Shown: positions 25,473 through 37,927 of the stretch, in pieces | Position numbering within the stretch: the stretch's first letter is position 1 | Layout: each line of letters begins with the position of its first letter | NCBI GenBank assembly: GCA_050084985.1 | Contig: JBITNC010000002.1 | Location: 24,924,001 to 24,988,000 of the forward strand | Direction: 5' to 3' | DNA from: Nageia nagi | Taxonomy: Eukaryota; Plantae; Pinophyta | DNA length: 64,000 bases | The notes under the pieces: generated by a model | The model's input: the letters and a program-made list of their open reading frames with translations, nothing else | Databases searched by the model: none | Told to the model about the DNA's origin: nothing | Program-made: the position numbers and the translations under genes

Positions 25473-28400
25473 TGTTGATACTTAATTTTGATACCCAATA
25501 TCATTATCATATTACTTAATTGATGATATGATATATTTTATTATTATATATCCTATTATTATAATTTAAGCCAACTTATATGCTCTTCTCATATTGTTTT
25601 TCTTTTTGTATGCAAATACCTTAGCATTGACACTCTCTTGTAGGTGTGAATTATGGTGGTTCTCTCACATATGAAAGGAGTTAAGGTAACATGAGGAGAC
25701 TCGTATTTTAATCTTGATAGTCACACTCAAATACTAAAAAAACTAAGGTATTCATTGACACTACCAATCAAAGATTGATACTTGGTTATCATATGAGCAT
25801 TTATCATTCTGTTTACCAATCGGATCGATCGATAGGGTTCTTATCTACAACTGAGAATCGATGGATAAATGGAAAGGAAGAACAAAATGTAAAGTAATTC
25901 AATCACAATAAATAGGGGGTGGAGCCTTTTATTAATAAGAATTAGTATAAATAAGTTACAATGATATTGTTATTATACACTCAACTCTCTCACACACACA
26001 CACACTCTCCATCGTATAGTCGATCATCTCTTACCAGTTGACACATCGAGGGCATGTCGATGGGTATGTATACAATATATTGGTGTGCAGTAGTGATATT
26101 TTGGTGGGTGATGTTTGATTGATACTTGGATGATGCTTGAGTGATGGATGATTGATGCTTCTCCTTAATTCTTTGATTCCCTTCTTATATCTTCTTCGTA
26201 TCACTTCAAAAAAGGTGTGTCGATTAGTTATCATTATGTTTCTTCACTTAATATCAATTAGTTAACTTAACTTGATCTCCAAAATGATATGGTTTCAATC
26301 TCTAAATCGATATGGTTCGATCGCCAAACCGATACGATCCAATCACCAAATCGATCCATATAGATTAGTTTATTTGATCGATTACTAATATCATATTCAA
26401 TCTATTTCCATGCTAACATTCTCCCCAACTTAAAACCAAGGCTTGTCCTCAAGAATTCCTTTTCTAAATCAGAATTTTTCTAGAATCTCCCCTACCAACT
26501 TAATATGGAGACTCATCCTCGAGGCTTCTTTTGAATAAGTCGATATTATATCAACAAGGGCATCATTTAAAATCTTGATAAATCGTAGTAGAAAGGAGGG
26601 ATTCTCTTTTTCTTGGCTCTCTTCGAAGTTGTCTGAATCTCCTTTACCTTCTTGATGAAGCAATTATGTAACCTCCTAGGAATAGGTTGCAAAGGCCTCG
26701 ACTCATGTCCTCTCCTCTTGCATGTCTGTTATGCCTACTACCCTGCTCTACTCTTACTTTATGCATACCAATTGGTGTCTCCTCTCACACAATCCAATTG
26801 GTTACAACCTACTTTTATGGTGTACGCCTTTCCAACAATCAAAAATTACTTCATCAATTCTATTGTTCGAATTATGGACTCTCTTTATTCCCTCCGATAT
26901 ATGTCACTTCTCCACTAGTCTTCTTTAGATACCTTTGTGATGGCTACCTATTTTAAAATATTTCCTTCATTTATGTTAACATCTTTTGGGTCTTTTACTT
27001 CAATTTGGTCAACCGTTTCCTTTCCATAATTTGGTGACTTTCTCATTATTTCCCCACGTCCTTTCATTATGTCCATGAAGAGATGGAATTGCTTTTACTA
27101 TCTTTTGCCTTTTAAGGTTGTGCACCAACCTCATAGTCCAAACATAAGGCTATAGTACTCAATCACATCAAAATTATCAATACTCCCATATTAACAACTA
27201 TTGGTAATCCTAAAGGGAACGGTTAGAAATCCTCCAATTATTGGTTCTCTAAGAAAAAGGGATCAATTAGCAACCATGAATAGAGGACTGATTAGCAATT
27301 CTCATATGTGTTATGATTTGGTAAATAACCATAATTTGAACTTCCTTAATTTAAATGCCCCTAGCGTAAATGGTATCATGGTTTCAAGTTTCGCTTGCTA
27401 CCCTCTGCAGATTTCCTCTACATGGGATTATGGCAACTAGACTTCAACAAATATTTATGCCTTATTCGCCCCACCTTTGTTCCATAATACCAACTTTCAT
27501 TATGTAGGTATTATACTTGAAATAGACTTTTATTCTCATCTCACTTGACATTTTCTTCATATTTCTTCCATCTCTCTCTCTCTATTTTTTTTTAGTATAA
27601 TACATAATCCGTCTTTTGCATGAAATCGATCATCTTTCCCTTTTTCAACTTCGAGCAAACTACATCCAAGCATCTTTTGATTCCCCTTCTTCATTTTTTA
27701 TGACAACATTTTATTCAATCATCGAATTCTCTATAATATAGATGTCCTGACAATGAAAGTGTTGATCGATCGGATCAATCGATAGGGTTCTCATCTACAA
27801 TTGAGAATCGATGAATAAATGGAAAGGAAGAATAGAAAGTAAAAATAAGTAATTCAATCATAATAAATAGGGGGTTGAGCCTTTTATTAATAAGAATCAG
27901 TATAAGTCGATTACAATGATATTGTTATTATACACTCAGCTCTCACACACTCCATCATACAATCGATCCTCTCTTACCACTCAGCACATTGAGGGTGTGC
28001 CAACGGGAATGTATACAATATATTGATGTGTAGTAGTGATATTTCGATGGGTGATGCTTGATTGATACTTGGATGATGCTTGAGTAATGGATGATTGATG
28101 CTTCTCCTTAACTCTTTGATTCCCTTATATCTTCTTTGTATCACTTCAGAAAAGGTGTGTTGATTAGTTATCATTATCTCTTCGCTTAATATCAATTAGT
28201 TAACTTAACTCTTCCTTCAAACCGATATGGTTTCAGTCTCCAAACTGATACGGTTCGATCGCGAAATCAATACATATAGATTAGCTTATTTGATCGATTA
28301 CTAATATCATATTCGATCTATTTCCATGCTAACACATTCATCTTTTGTTATTATATCTCAAAATAGGCTGCTTGTATCTACATACTACTAAGAATTTTGG

Positions 28401-30112
28401 TTGAAAGGACTAATCTATAGGAAGAGTAGCATCAACAATACCTATAGCATTTGTACTATCATTACCATCCACACTAATTTGTTGCATTATCTTCATTAAT
28501 AAGTTCTACATCCTAAGATCCTACTTATGTGGCAAGTCCAAGTATGCACATATACTCAATTGTGTAAGTAAGGTGACAAGTACATCTCTCATGGTCCTTC
28601 TCTCATAGGTTCTAAACTTCATGTAATAGCTAGGGCATCATTTACTTACATTGTATCATTATTGTTCTCAACTATTGTTAATTTATATTTCATTGCTACA
28701 TCTTTTATTATCATTCCAACTCTTTATTACATTTTAGAATTTAATTTAATTTAATTATTGAATTATTTTGATGTCCACATATTGTTGAACCCATTTGTAT
28801 CTTACAAACCCTAGAATATTCATCTTAGGGCGTCACATTTTTTATGGAGATTTTCATTGGAAACCTTAGGTTTTACTTCATTTTTATTTGTCTTAATTTT
28901 CTACAAAATTAGAAAACAGTAATACTTTAAAATGGTTGAAAATTGAAGGTGCTTTTATTTGGTAGAAAAATAATTTTGATCAAAACCCTAGATTTTGAAC
29001 CTAATTTTTAGAAATTTTATGGGTGTTTTTGCCCTAAAACTTGTCCAAACCTTAGATATTGATGGTAGGCAACTTTTACAAGGTAAATTAGGATTATTGC
29101 ACGCAATTTCCTAAGTTTTTTTTTTGTTGAGAAACAAAACGTTTATGAGTAAAATCCTACATTTTGAAGGTCATTTTGTTCAATTTGTTGAGTTTTTATA
29201 TTAGAAAATATTACCTCATATAATATTATTATTATTATTATTATTATTACTATTATTATTGGGATGTATTGTTAATTTTTGAAAATCATATTTGGTAAAT
29301 TTTTGCATATTTACGAGTCATTTTGTTAACAAAAAAACCCTAAGGTTTTTGAAGGTGTTTGATCTCTATTTTCTTTAAGTGTGACAAACATGTATCCTAG
29401 CATCAACATTAGGGGCAACACCAATGCTCATCCCCCATCATCCCATATCAATTTGGTAGAGTCATAATGTTTTGAAATGCATGCTCATATCACTAGCTTG
29501 GCTCAACGAGTGCATGTTGGTATGCTTGTAACGGAAGATAGAGGGAGTCCCTTATCTGCTAAAATTGGTAATGCCATTCTCATAGAGACAAACAAGAGTA
29601 TGAGTTAAAAAAGTCTAGTCATGGATTTGAAAATGTTATGAAGCTAAGATGTGGTATTAATGATCTTTTAAAGGAAAGGCACTTTCTCGTGAACTTGACC
29701 GATGAGGCTAGGAAATGATTTCACATATTAAAGTCTGGTTTTATATATAATATTAGTATTTGAAAGGGTTATTCAAGAACCATTATAATTATATTGTTCA
29801 AAGGCCACTACAACTGACATATTTAATTAGTTGTAAACAAAGGTTCAATGAGCATTTAGAAAAAATTGTATCAAGATATCAAAAGGTATGAACAAATTTA
29901 GAAGGTTTAATTCCCAAATATATGATTTCTCAAGTGTTTGTAAAAAACAAAATGCCTTTTTAAAAGTTGTGGTACTTGATTATATGTATGAACCTTTAAC
30001 AGATATGGCTTATAAATTGATTAAATTAAAACAAGCAATGGTTGTAGCGGATCAATTGAAATATGTTAAAGCAACCAAAAATAATTCTAAAGTCATGTTC
30101 CACAAAGAATGA
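25473..30112 (+). mobile_element. Degenerate Ogre/Tat-like Gypsy fragment: LTR (25473-28837, interrupted), PBS-like site, 5' UTR and gag remnant
   Basis: TGTTGATACTTAATTTTG start follows a purine run. The ..GTCACA end is followed by TGGAGATTTTCATTGG (degenerate TGGCGACTCCACTGGG-type PBS). The gag remnant at ~29670-29890 reads FLVNLTDEARK*FHIL..LFKNHYNY..LISCKQRFNEHLEKIVSRY. Confidence 0.55.
25810..28334 (-). mobile_element. Small (2.5 kb) non-autonomous LTR retrotransposon with gag/zinc-knuckle remnant (TR-GAG/TRIM-like)
   Basis: LTRs at 25810-26418 and 27760-28334 with TG..CA ends. Perfect TSD CATTC. The minus-strand PPT AGTTGGGGAGAA is preceded by CTTGAGGACAAG. The internal 1.3 kb contains a CKRRGH knuckle-like remnant. 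Confidence 0.9.
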
Positions 30113-30404
30113 TAAGCAAGTCAATATGATCCAACCCCAAGTCTCAAATGAAAATCATTTCAACCCTTTGATAAGCTCCCATTGGTTCCCACACAAATGG
30201 TCAAAGACTATTTAACAAATGTTCAAAGGTAAATTTTAAGAGACCTACTAAAAACTGGACTTACAAAATTGCAACGATATGGAATCTAGCATTGTACAAA
30301 ATTTGGCTATATTTGAATAAACATTTTTAGTTTTGTTCGCTATATATTTTTAAAAATCACAAAAATATGTAAAAAGGGATATCAACAAATAACTTAAAAA
30401 TTAA

Positions 30405-30468
30405 AAATGTACCCCTATCAAATGCACCCCTAATGAATCTACGCCTAACGAATGTACCCCTCTCGAAT
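30405..30468. repeat. 15-bp tandem motif (AATGTACCCCTATCG-like, ~4 copies), probable DNA-transposon subterminal relic
   Basis: aatgtacccctatca / aatgcacccctaatg / aatctacgcctaacg / aatgtacccctctcg. Confidence 0.6.
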
Positions 30469-31116
30469 ATAAGAAAAAAAAAAAAGTAAACATCATTACA
30501 TCCTTCTAAGTGAAAATTAACACTTACGTTACATCAAAGGAAAGGGTATTAGGGTATTATCAAAAATAAAATTAAATATAATTTGGACGCTATAATACCA
30601 ATGTTTTTACTTATTTCCTAAAATTTCATTCACCAAATGAAAATTTTAGAGGTGTCAAATTTCGTACAAAAAATGATGATTCACCGCTAATGTTTTCTCT
30701 GATCTTCTGTAACACAATTCCATGTTATCCATCTAAGGGTATTTTTTCAAATTTCTCTTCTTGATTAAAAATCTAACAGTTCTATTCATTCATCGGTCAA
30801 ATCTATCCATTTATTGTCTTTATCTTACAAATGTTTTTAAGTGGTAGGTACCATCCTGTACACAAAGATACTGTTTTACAAGTCACCTTGCTAAAGTTCT
30901 CAATTCAGAAAGATCGACATTAAAATATGAAATACAGTAGAACTTGCACCATGGATCAGAGGATCAAAAGTAGGAATGTTTGCTTTTGGGTTCATTGTTG
31001 ACAATAAGCATAATTAACAACCCCATTTTCTTTGAAGTTTGAACACGTGCACCAATAGCTTTGCAGATCTATTTCGTAATTGATGGACCATAAACAAATG
31101 AATTTTGCACAAGCTT

Positions 31117-31448
31117 CTACCAACCAAACCAGCCACCACCTCTTCTGGAATGCTCCTGTTTTGCGTCAACTTCAGACCCACTTTCAGCATATTGTGTATC
31201 ACCTCTATTCTTCTCTGGAGTTAGCATTAATTTGTCCGCATTATCAAGAGTCCACTTTCTGAACTCTGGTGTAGACACCAACTCTTTTAAAGCTTTTCTT
31301 GTGGAATCTTTTGTAAAAACTTCCCATTCTTCCTTTGAAAAATGCCTCCTCTCAGGAGTTTTATGGAATACAGAATAATAGTCTTGCTCAGCAGTCTCAA
31401 AATTTGAAGATGGAGTATTTTCAGAAGCAACAAAAGATGGAGATGGTC
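31117..31448 (-). CDS. PNET2: NEMP/PNET2-family nuclear envelope integral membrane protein, last coding exon
   Basis: Acceptor ..tataaAG, phase 1. Encodes QDYYSVFHKTPERRHFSKEEWEVFTKDSTRKALKELVSTPEFRKW...GWFGW*, the conserved plant NEMP C-terminus. Confidence 0.92.
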
Positions 31449-31628
31449 CTTTATACAGCACACAAAAATTTCAGACAAATCAACCACACATTTAAACAGA
31501 GTTCATAGTGTTGACAAGAAGAAATGTACAGTCAAAATTTAAATCAAACAACAATCTGGAAGTATTGACATTCCTAGAATATATAGTCCCCACAGACAAA
31601 CTCAGCAAAGGGAAATAAAATCACTTAC

Positions 31629-31682
31629 CTGGTTTACGTAATCTAGCAGATGGAGTTTTCCTAGATGCAACCAAAGGTGATC
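31629..31682 (-). CDS. PNET2: NEMP/PNET2 internal micro-exon (54 nt, phase 1-1)
   Basis: catgtAG|GA TCA CCT..CCA G|GTaagt; encodes GSPLVASRKTPSARLRKP and keeps the frame. Confidence 0.8.
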
Positions 31683-32367
31683 CTACATGATATACAGAAT
31701 AAATAAAAATTCAAAATTAAATAAACTATATTTACAACAGTGTAAGCACGATATCTTGAAATAAAAATCTGCTAAGTTGCTTGCAAATGGAAAACAGGCA
31801 ATTAGAAAACGTTTCTGAAAGAGATGGCTTGGGAAACAATCCTTTATGACATTTAGAAGATATAAAAACACGAGTACACATATTTATATAATTACAATAT
31901 ATTATGCATGTTCACATATTTCATGACCATTATTGCAGTGTATGTTATATTCATTAACATTACACTAATAAAAATGTCTTTATACATAGAGAGAGAGGAG
32001 AGAATTTGCATCTTCATCTTTTCATTTTTGATTTTAATTTTTTGTCCATTTCTCATAGGGCTTTAAGGGATTCCAACCACCTTGTTAGTTTTCCCTAGGG
32101 CCTTTGGGATACAATCGGTTTTCATTTTTAATATATGCATTTAGTTCCTTTCTGTTTCAAATAATCCATCGGTAGGCTATAGTTAGACCCAACATCAAAT
32201 GCCCTGACTGTTCAGGCTATATTACCCTAAATGTTACTCGTGAAAAGTACATATCAAAGACAAAGACAAAGTTCAACAATTTCCATATAAGGATTAAAAA
32301 ATATATATGATATGCATTTAATTTTGCTGAAAATACAATTTAGTGCAGCCAAAGATAACTAATGTAC

Positions 32368-32418
32368 CTGCCATGTATGAAATTGAAGGAGTGTGTTTAG
32401 TTGTAACCAACGATGGAC
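32368..32418 (-). CDS. PNET2: NEMP/PNET2 internal micro-exon (51 nt, phase 1-1)
   Basis: cacgcAG|GT CCA TCG..GCA G|GTacat; encodes RPSLVTTKHTPSISYMA in frame. Confidence 0.75.
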
Positions 32419-32586
32419 CTGCGTGACAAATGCATAACTAGTCAAATACAAATCAACAAAAGCAACTCCGGCAGTGTTTGTGGAAGTGAGATACAGAGCT
32501 GTGTAGTACATGTCACATATATCCCAAAGATCTGCAAGCTTTTAACATTGACACAAAGGCAGAAGGTTAAAAGATGAACTTCATAC

Positions 32587-32744
32587 GAACTAAGTCTGGA
32601 GTCCCCTTGAAGGCTGTTCCTTGAGATCTTGGAAGCTTAAAAGCTCTTGTTGGAGTCCTACTCAAGAATTCGGACCAAGAATTGTTTGGATAGGAATGTT
32701 CAACATGTTCTGGACTATCCTGCTTAAATTCTGGCATTTGTTCC
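32587..32744 (-). CDS. PNET2: NEMP/PNET2 internal exon (158 nt, phase 2-1)
   Basis: tttgcAG|G GAA CAA..GTT C|GTatga; encodes ..NNSWSEFLSRTPTR.., with the EFLSR motif seen in plant NEMPs. Confidence 0.82.
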
Positions 32745-34760
32745 CTGCAAATTGAACAAAAATTATATCAGCCCATTACCTAAAAAAATAGAAAACATAA
32801 GCATTCTTCTTTTTTACAAGATATGAGCAAAAGCAACAAGATATGAGCAAAACCACCTTAAGCATCTTTGTGGTCAGTTCCACCCAAACTGCATGTTATG
32901 CATGATCTCACAAAGTAGCCCCTCCTAGTCCACACCATTGATATATGCACCAAAATAAAGAACACCAAATACAAGCGAAAGGCATAAAATACCTTCATTC
33001 AAACCGCAATTTTGATTGTTCCATAACACAGACATTCTGTGATGAAACAACCATAACATTGTTCGAGCTATAGAAAGAACCTAGAGGGTTTATAATGAAA
33101 AATGTGGCATGAGAATTATGATTGACATTCAATGTATATGCAGTACATGAAATATAATTCATGCTACATGAATTGTATTGCCAGTAGGTAAGATATCCTG
33201 GAAGTTTTTGTTTTTTTGAAGGCATCAAATGAGATTGTTCAAGTGAGAATCATTCAAGTCCAAATTTTCATGAATTTAAGTTTAATTTTTAAACTCAGCT
33301 TATCATTCCAAGATTTTTCTTGAATTTCAGTTTTTGAGACCTTGGCAAAAATGTTCGTTACCTCACTAACCAAGGCAAATTCCCTATGGGGTGGTACATT
33401 GAGGAAATGGATAGGGTTAAACAGGTCAAAACTTCCTTTTATAATCATGGGGAGACAATATAGTCTCATTTGGGACATTATCACCATAGATGGTTCCGTT
33501 AGCTTCATCCCACCCATAGATGTTTGAGTTACGTTCATAGGCCACTATATTGTGCAAGATAACGCCAATCTTTCTATGAATTAATAAATAAAATACTTGT
33601 AATTACATCCACTGGAGACTTGAAAGATCTATGGGGCAAAAAAATTGAAACCACATAAAATCATTACACAAAAGCCTCGAAGCGTAGTCCCTCTTAATTC
33701 AAGCCTGTTTCATGAAGTGATCTGAATCTCGCCACTGTCATTCTTTGATGGTGTAAAACATCCTTAACAATACACCACTTGCTCATGCAAATTTCTCAGA
33801 TCCTCATTTTGTAAGGATTGTCACTCAGTAAAATGATAATACTATGAACAATGTATCATTGCATGATTTTTATCTTCAATTTCTCTCTAATCACATAGTT
33901 AACATAAGCATTCTTTGTTTATTTTTTACATCTTCCTGTCTCAATTTCTAGAACGTAAGAGCTCAATAAGAATTTGCTAATAATGCGTCCTTTATGTGTG
34001 TAGATGTTTTCTTTAAAATAATTTTCTTGTGTATATGACCAATGGCTTAATTTTGCATTCATAGAATCCTTTCTTCTCGGCAGGAGCTTTTTTTTCTGCT
34101 TAAGGTAAAAATAGATTTTGAAAGAGCCTGTACCCTTATACAATGCAAAAGAAGAATAGCCTAGTAATACTACTAGAAACCAGCAATCAGCCTAGAGAAA
34201 TGAAAGATCCAAAACATGCTGAAAAGACAACTACAAAATGTTACAATCCTTGCTTTATAATGCAAACAGAATATTCTTGAAGAAGACCAACTTTTAGTGA
34301 TTAATCCTTTCTATTCCATTTAAGATGGACTCCTTTTAGAAGAAAAGTATAAAGGGGAATCCATCTCTTATCCTCTTCTCTAAGAGTACACCAATTTGCC
34401 AACCGATTTGCAGCACTATTTCCTTCTCTAAGGACATGGTTTACTTCATATTCTTCGAAGGATTTTAACATATGTATAGTATCCTAAAGAATGCTAGTCA
34501 CCTTCCAACTTAATTTAGCTATGCCTTTTAGGTAATTAATTATATTTAGAGTCTCCTTCCACCAACAACTTTTTTAACTTGATATCCTTTGCTAGCTTAA
34601 CACCAGCATAAACAGCCATTGTTTCAGCCAAATGGCTGGTCATTTCCCCAAAAAATTCTAAAAAAGCACAACCATAACTCCCTTATTATTTCTAATAACC
34701 CCTCCATCTCCAACCTTTCCTGGATTTCCTTTAGAAGCCCTGTCAAATTTCAGTTTAAAC

Positions 34761-37700
34761 CATAGTAGGAATACTTGCCGATTTCTTGCAAGTAATTGCA
34801 AGTTTATTATAAAATGAGCAACTCAACTGAAAAATCGCAGGCGATTTCCTGTGAATTTCAAGCAAGTTTCTTGTGAGGAAACTCATCGGTTACTCCAAAG
34901 AAACTTGGTTAATCACAAACTAGAACGAGAAAAAATGAAAAGAAATTGACAAACATCCTTAAAGAGGGGAAAAGTGCTTCTTTTCTCTCATTTCATGTTT
35001 CTTACTCTCCATTTCACTCTAAAAGTCTGCTCATAAAAGAGTTGAAGGTTCACCATCAATTTGAAGAGTTTCAACATAGATTTCAAACTTTTCACCATAG
35101 ATTTCAACAGATTTAATGATTCATCCAAGAGTTCTCAATTTTCACTGTGAATTTGAAGAGGTAGGTTTTTGTTTTCTTCTTGGAGCAAATTATTTTTTTT
35201 TTTACTTTGTTTACGACAATGCTCATATTTCAAATGGGTATTGTTTTTTTCATATTTTGCAAATTTGTTAAAAAAATAAGGGTTAAGGTTTAAATTTTTT
35301 TTAAATAATTTTTTTTTCCGTTTTCTTGTTTTAAAATGGCCAGGCTTTGTTTATTCTTGTTAATACATTGTAAATTCATTAAAAATTATGGTTTTTTTTC
35401 AATTAAAATTATTTTTGTTTTTTTCCCTTCACATGGATTTTTTGTTTGCACTTCACAAATGGCATCCATATATGAAGGCCATTCAAGTGCATTAGGAGGG
35501 AAAGATCCCATGCGGAGGCATGGGAAGAAGGTTGATCTTACAAATAATGTTATTTGCAATTATTGCAAAAAAAGATTACAAAGTGGTATCAATGGATTCA
35601 AATCTTGCAAGGGCATTTGGTCGAGATATAGGGCTTTGTGATTCTATGCCCCCCAAGGTCTCACTCACAAGATTCAAGCCTTGCTTGCTTCAAAATCACA
35701 AAGGAAAAAGACTAGGGTTGCAGTTGGAGCAAGGCTTGGAGGAACTTGGGCTTCAATGAGTGCACAGTCCGTAAATCAATATCAACATCAAAGTCTATTT
35801 TTGGGCCATGCATTTGGTCTTTGACTTGTGATAGTGCAACTACAAAGAGGTAAAATCCAATGGAGAGTTTCTTTGTTTCTCATGGAGAGGTACAGCCTTC
35901 CCTTAACACTACAACATGGGGGAAAGAGATGATGAATGCAACCCGAACAACGGTTGCAATGTTTAGGTACTATTACAAAATTCCTTTTAATGTTGCAAAT
36001 AATCCTTATTAGGAGGCCATAGTGAAAACTTTCGTTGCAATTGGAAGAGCGATGGAGCCCACTACCACAAAGGATTTTAGCAATCATTTGCTTGAGCAAG
36101 TTGTTACAAACATGTGCACCCTATTAGAGAAGCAAAAGAAAGTATGGCACAAAAATGGGTGCAACATTCTATCTAATGTGTGGATAGATGCAAGAAATCG
36201 CATGCGCATCAACTTCATGGTGGCTTTAAGTGGATCAATGATCTTCTTAAAGTCGATTGACACCTACCAAGACATGAAAATGCATAGCTGCTTTTTGAAT
36301 TGTTGGATGAGATGATGGTGGTGGTGGTAGTGGGTGTGCAAAATGTTGTCCAAGTAGTGATTGACAATGCTACAACATATGTAGTTGCAAGGAGACATTT
36401 TTAGGACAAGTATCCTACTTAATTTTGGCGCACATGTGCAACACTTCGCATTAACTTCATTCTCGAGGGCATTGGCAAACTCACATGAATTAGGAGTGTG
36501 GTCAAGAAGCTAAAACAATTACAAAATTCATCTAAAACCACACTTGGGTGGTGCTTTGTATGCTTAGAGAGAACACGAGTGGCAAGGAGATTATTTGTCT
36601 AGGTATCACTCGGTTTGCCTTTAATTATATTGCATTAGAGAGCCTTACAAATGCAGAAGATCCTCTTAAGAGAATGTTTGTGAGCGGTGGATGGGATCTC
36701 CTTTTCACCATGAGGATGGAGAGAGGGTCGTCAAGATAATGTTTGAAGACTTTTTTTGGAAGGGCGTTCATGACGTCATGATAATTTATTTACTTTTTTT
36801 ATGATTCTTAGAAAATAAAACCTTTGGTCAAGGTTCTTCGCCCTGTAGATATTGATTTGATGCCAATGGGCTATCTCTATGATGCCATGGATCCAACGAA
36901 TGAGGTTACCCAATATTTTTATTGCAAAGATAGACATGAATTGGATCCCATTTGGCGTATCATTAAAAGGAGATGGATCCAATAACTCCATCGACCTTTA
37001 CATGTAGCCAGGTACTATTGAACCCCAAGCTTTTTTAAAAGGATAACTTGGAGCAAAATGAGGAGGTTATGGATGGCCTCTATACCTAAAAAGAGAGGAT
37101 GATCCTTGAGGATCACATGAAAGATCTAATCCACGATGAGTTATAGGTCTAAAAGAAAGTTAAAGGGAGGTTTTTTCTTCAATTCTTTTTACAATTTTTT
37201 TGTGGGAAAATAATAGTGCTCGATCATTGAATCTTTTGAGGCTAGTTGTGTGTATATTAAGTCAACAATCTAACTCTTATGGGTGTGAACACAATTGGTC
37301 ATTATTTGAGAGATTGAGCTAGTAAAGCCCTAATGACCTAGTGTTCATCCAATACAATCTTTTTCTTTGCCATAACCTCAAACAAGTGGAGGGCACAAAG
37401 TTGCATGGTGCCATTGACCTTGATTGGATGGATTCACTAGCAGATTGGGTTGTTGAAGATGCTTCACTACATAGGAAATCAAGAGGTTTGACAAGGAACC
37501 AACAAAAGGTGCAACATTTACAACAAATGCAATTAGTGTGGAGCTTGAGGACATACCTGAGGATCTTGTCAAGGCTGAAGCTATGGAGTTGCCACTTTCA
37601 CATCCATCATCCAATGAGAAGCCGAGGACATATACGAGAACGAAGGGAAAGAAAAAAGTAGTTTAGAACTACTTTACGATTTAGATGGTCATATTTTTAA

Positions 37701-37927
37701 CTATCATTGATTATCATAAAATATGAATGAACTTGTTTCATTCAAATATAAATAAAATTGACTTTGCAACTCACTAATTTTCCATTCACATAGTTTTTTT
37801 GTATGTTTTTTTCATAAAATATTCAAGGTTTTTTTGTTGCATTTTTGCCAAGTAGTCTCCGAGTTGCCAAGTACTCTCCAAAATTTTTCTTGTCATGTAC
37901 TCTTTGAGTCTGATTTTTCCAACTATG
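34761..37927 (+). mobile_element. Full-length degenerate hAT transposon (3167 bp)
   Basis: TIRs CATAGTAGGAA and TTCCAACTATG. Perfect 8-bp TSD GTTTAAAC at 34753-34760 and 37928-37935. Confidence 0.93.
35459..37661 (+). pseudogene. hAT transposase remnant (BED zinc finger, DUF659, dimerization region)
   Basis: VICNYCKKRLQSGI, VWHKNGCNILSNVWIDARNRMRINFMV, GVQNVVQVVIDNA, GITRF and LVFIQYNL; many stops and frameshifts. Confidence 0.9.

Noticed and set aside
32775-32790. TTTTTTTAG|GTAATG juxtaposed acceptor/donor, resembling a recursive splice site
   Set aside because: It is only 35 nt from the real acceptor, too short for a second intron, and use as an acceptor gives an immediate stop.
33340-33575. 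Minus-strand VILHNIVAYER..GWDE peptide resembling a Harbinger transposase tail or Myb-like ORF
   Set aside because: The match is too short, with no TIR/TSD or other domains nearby.
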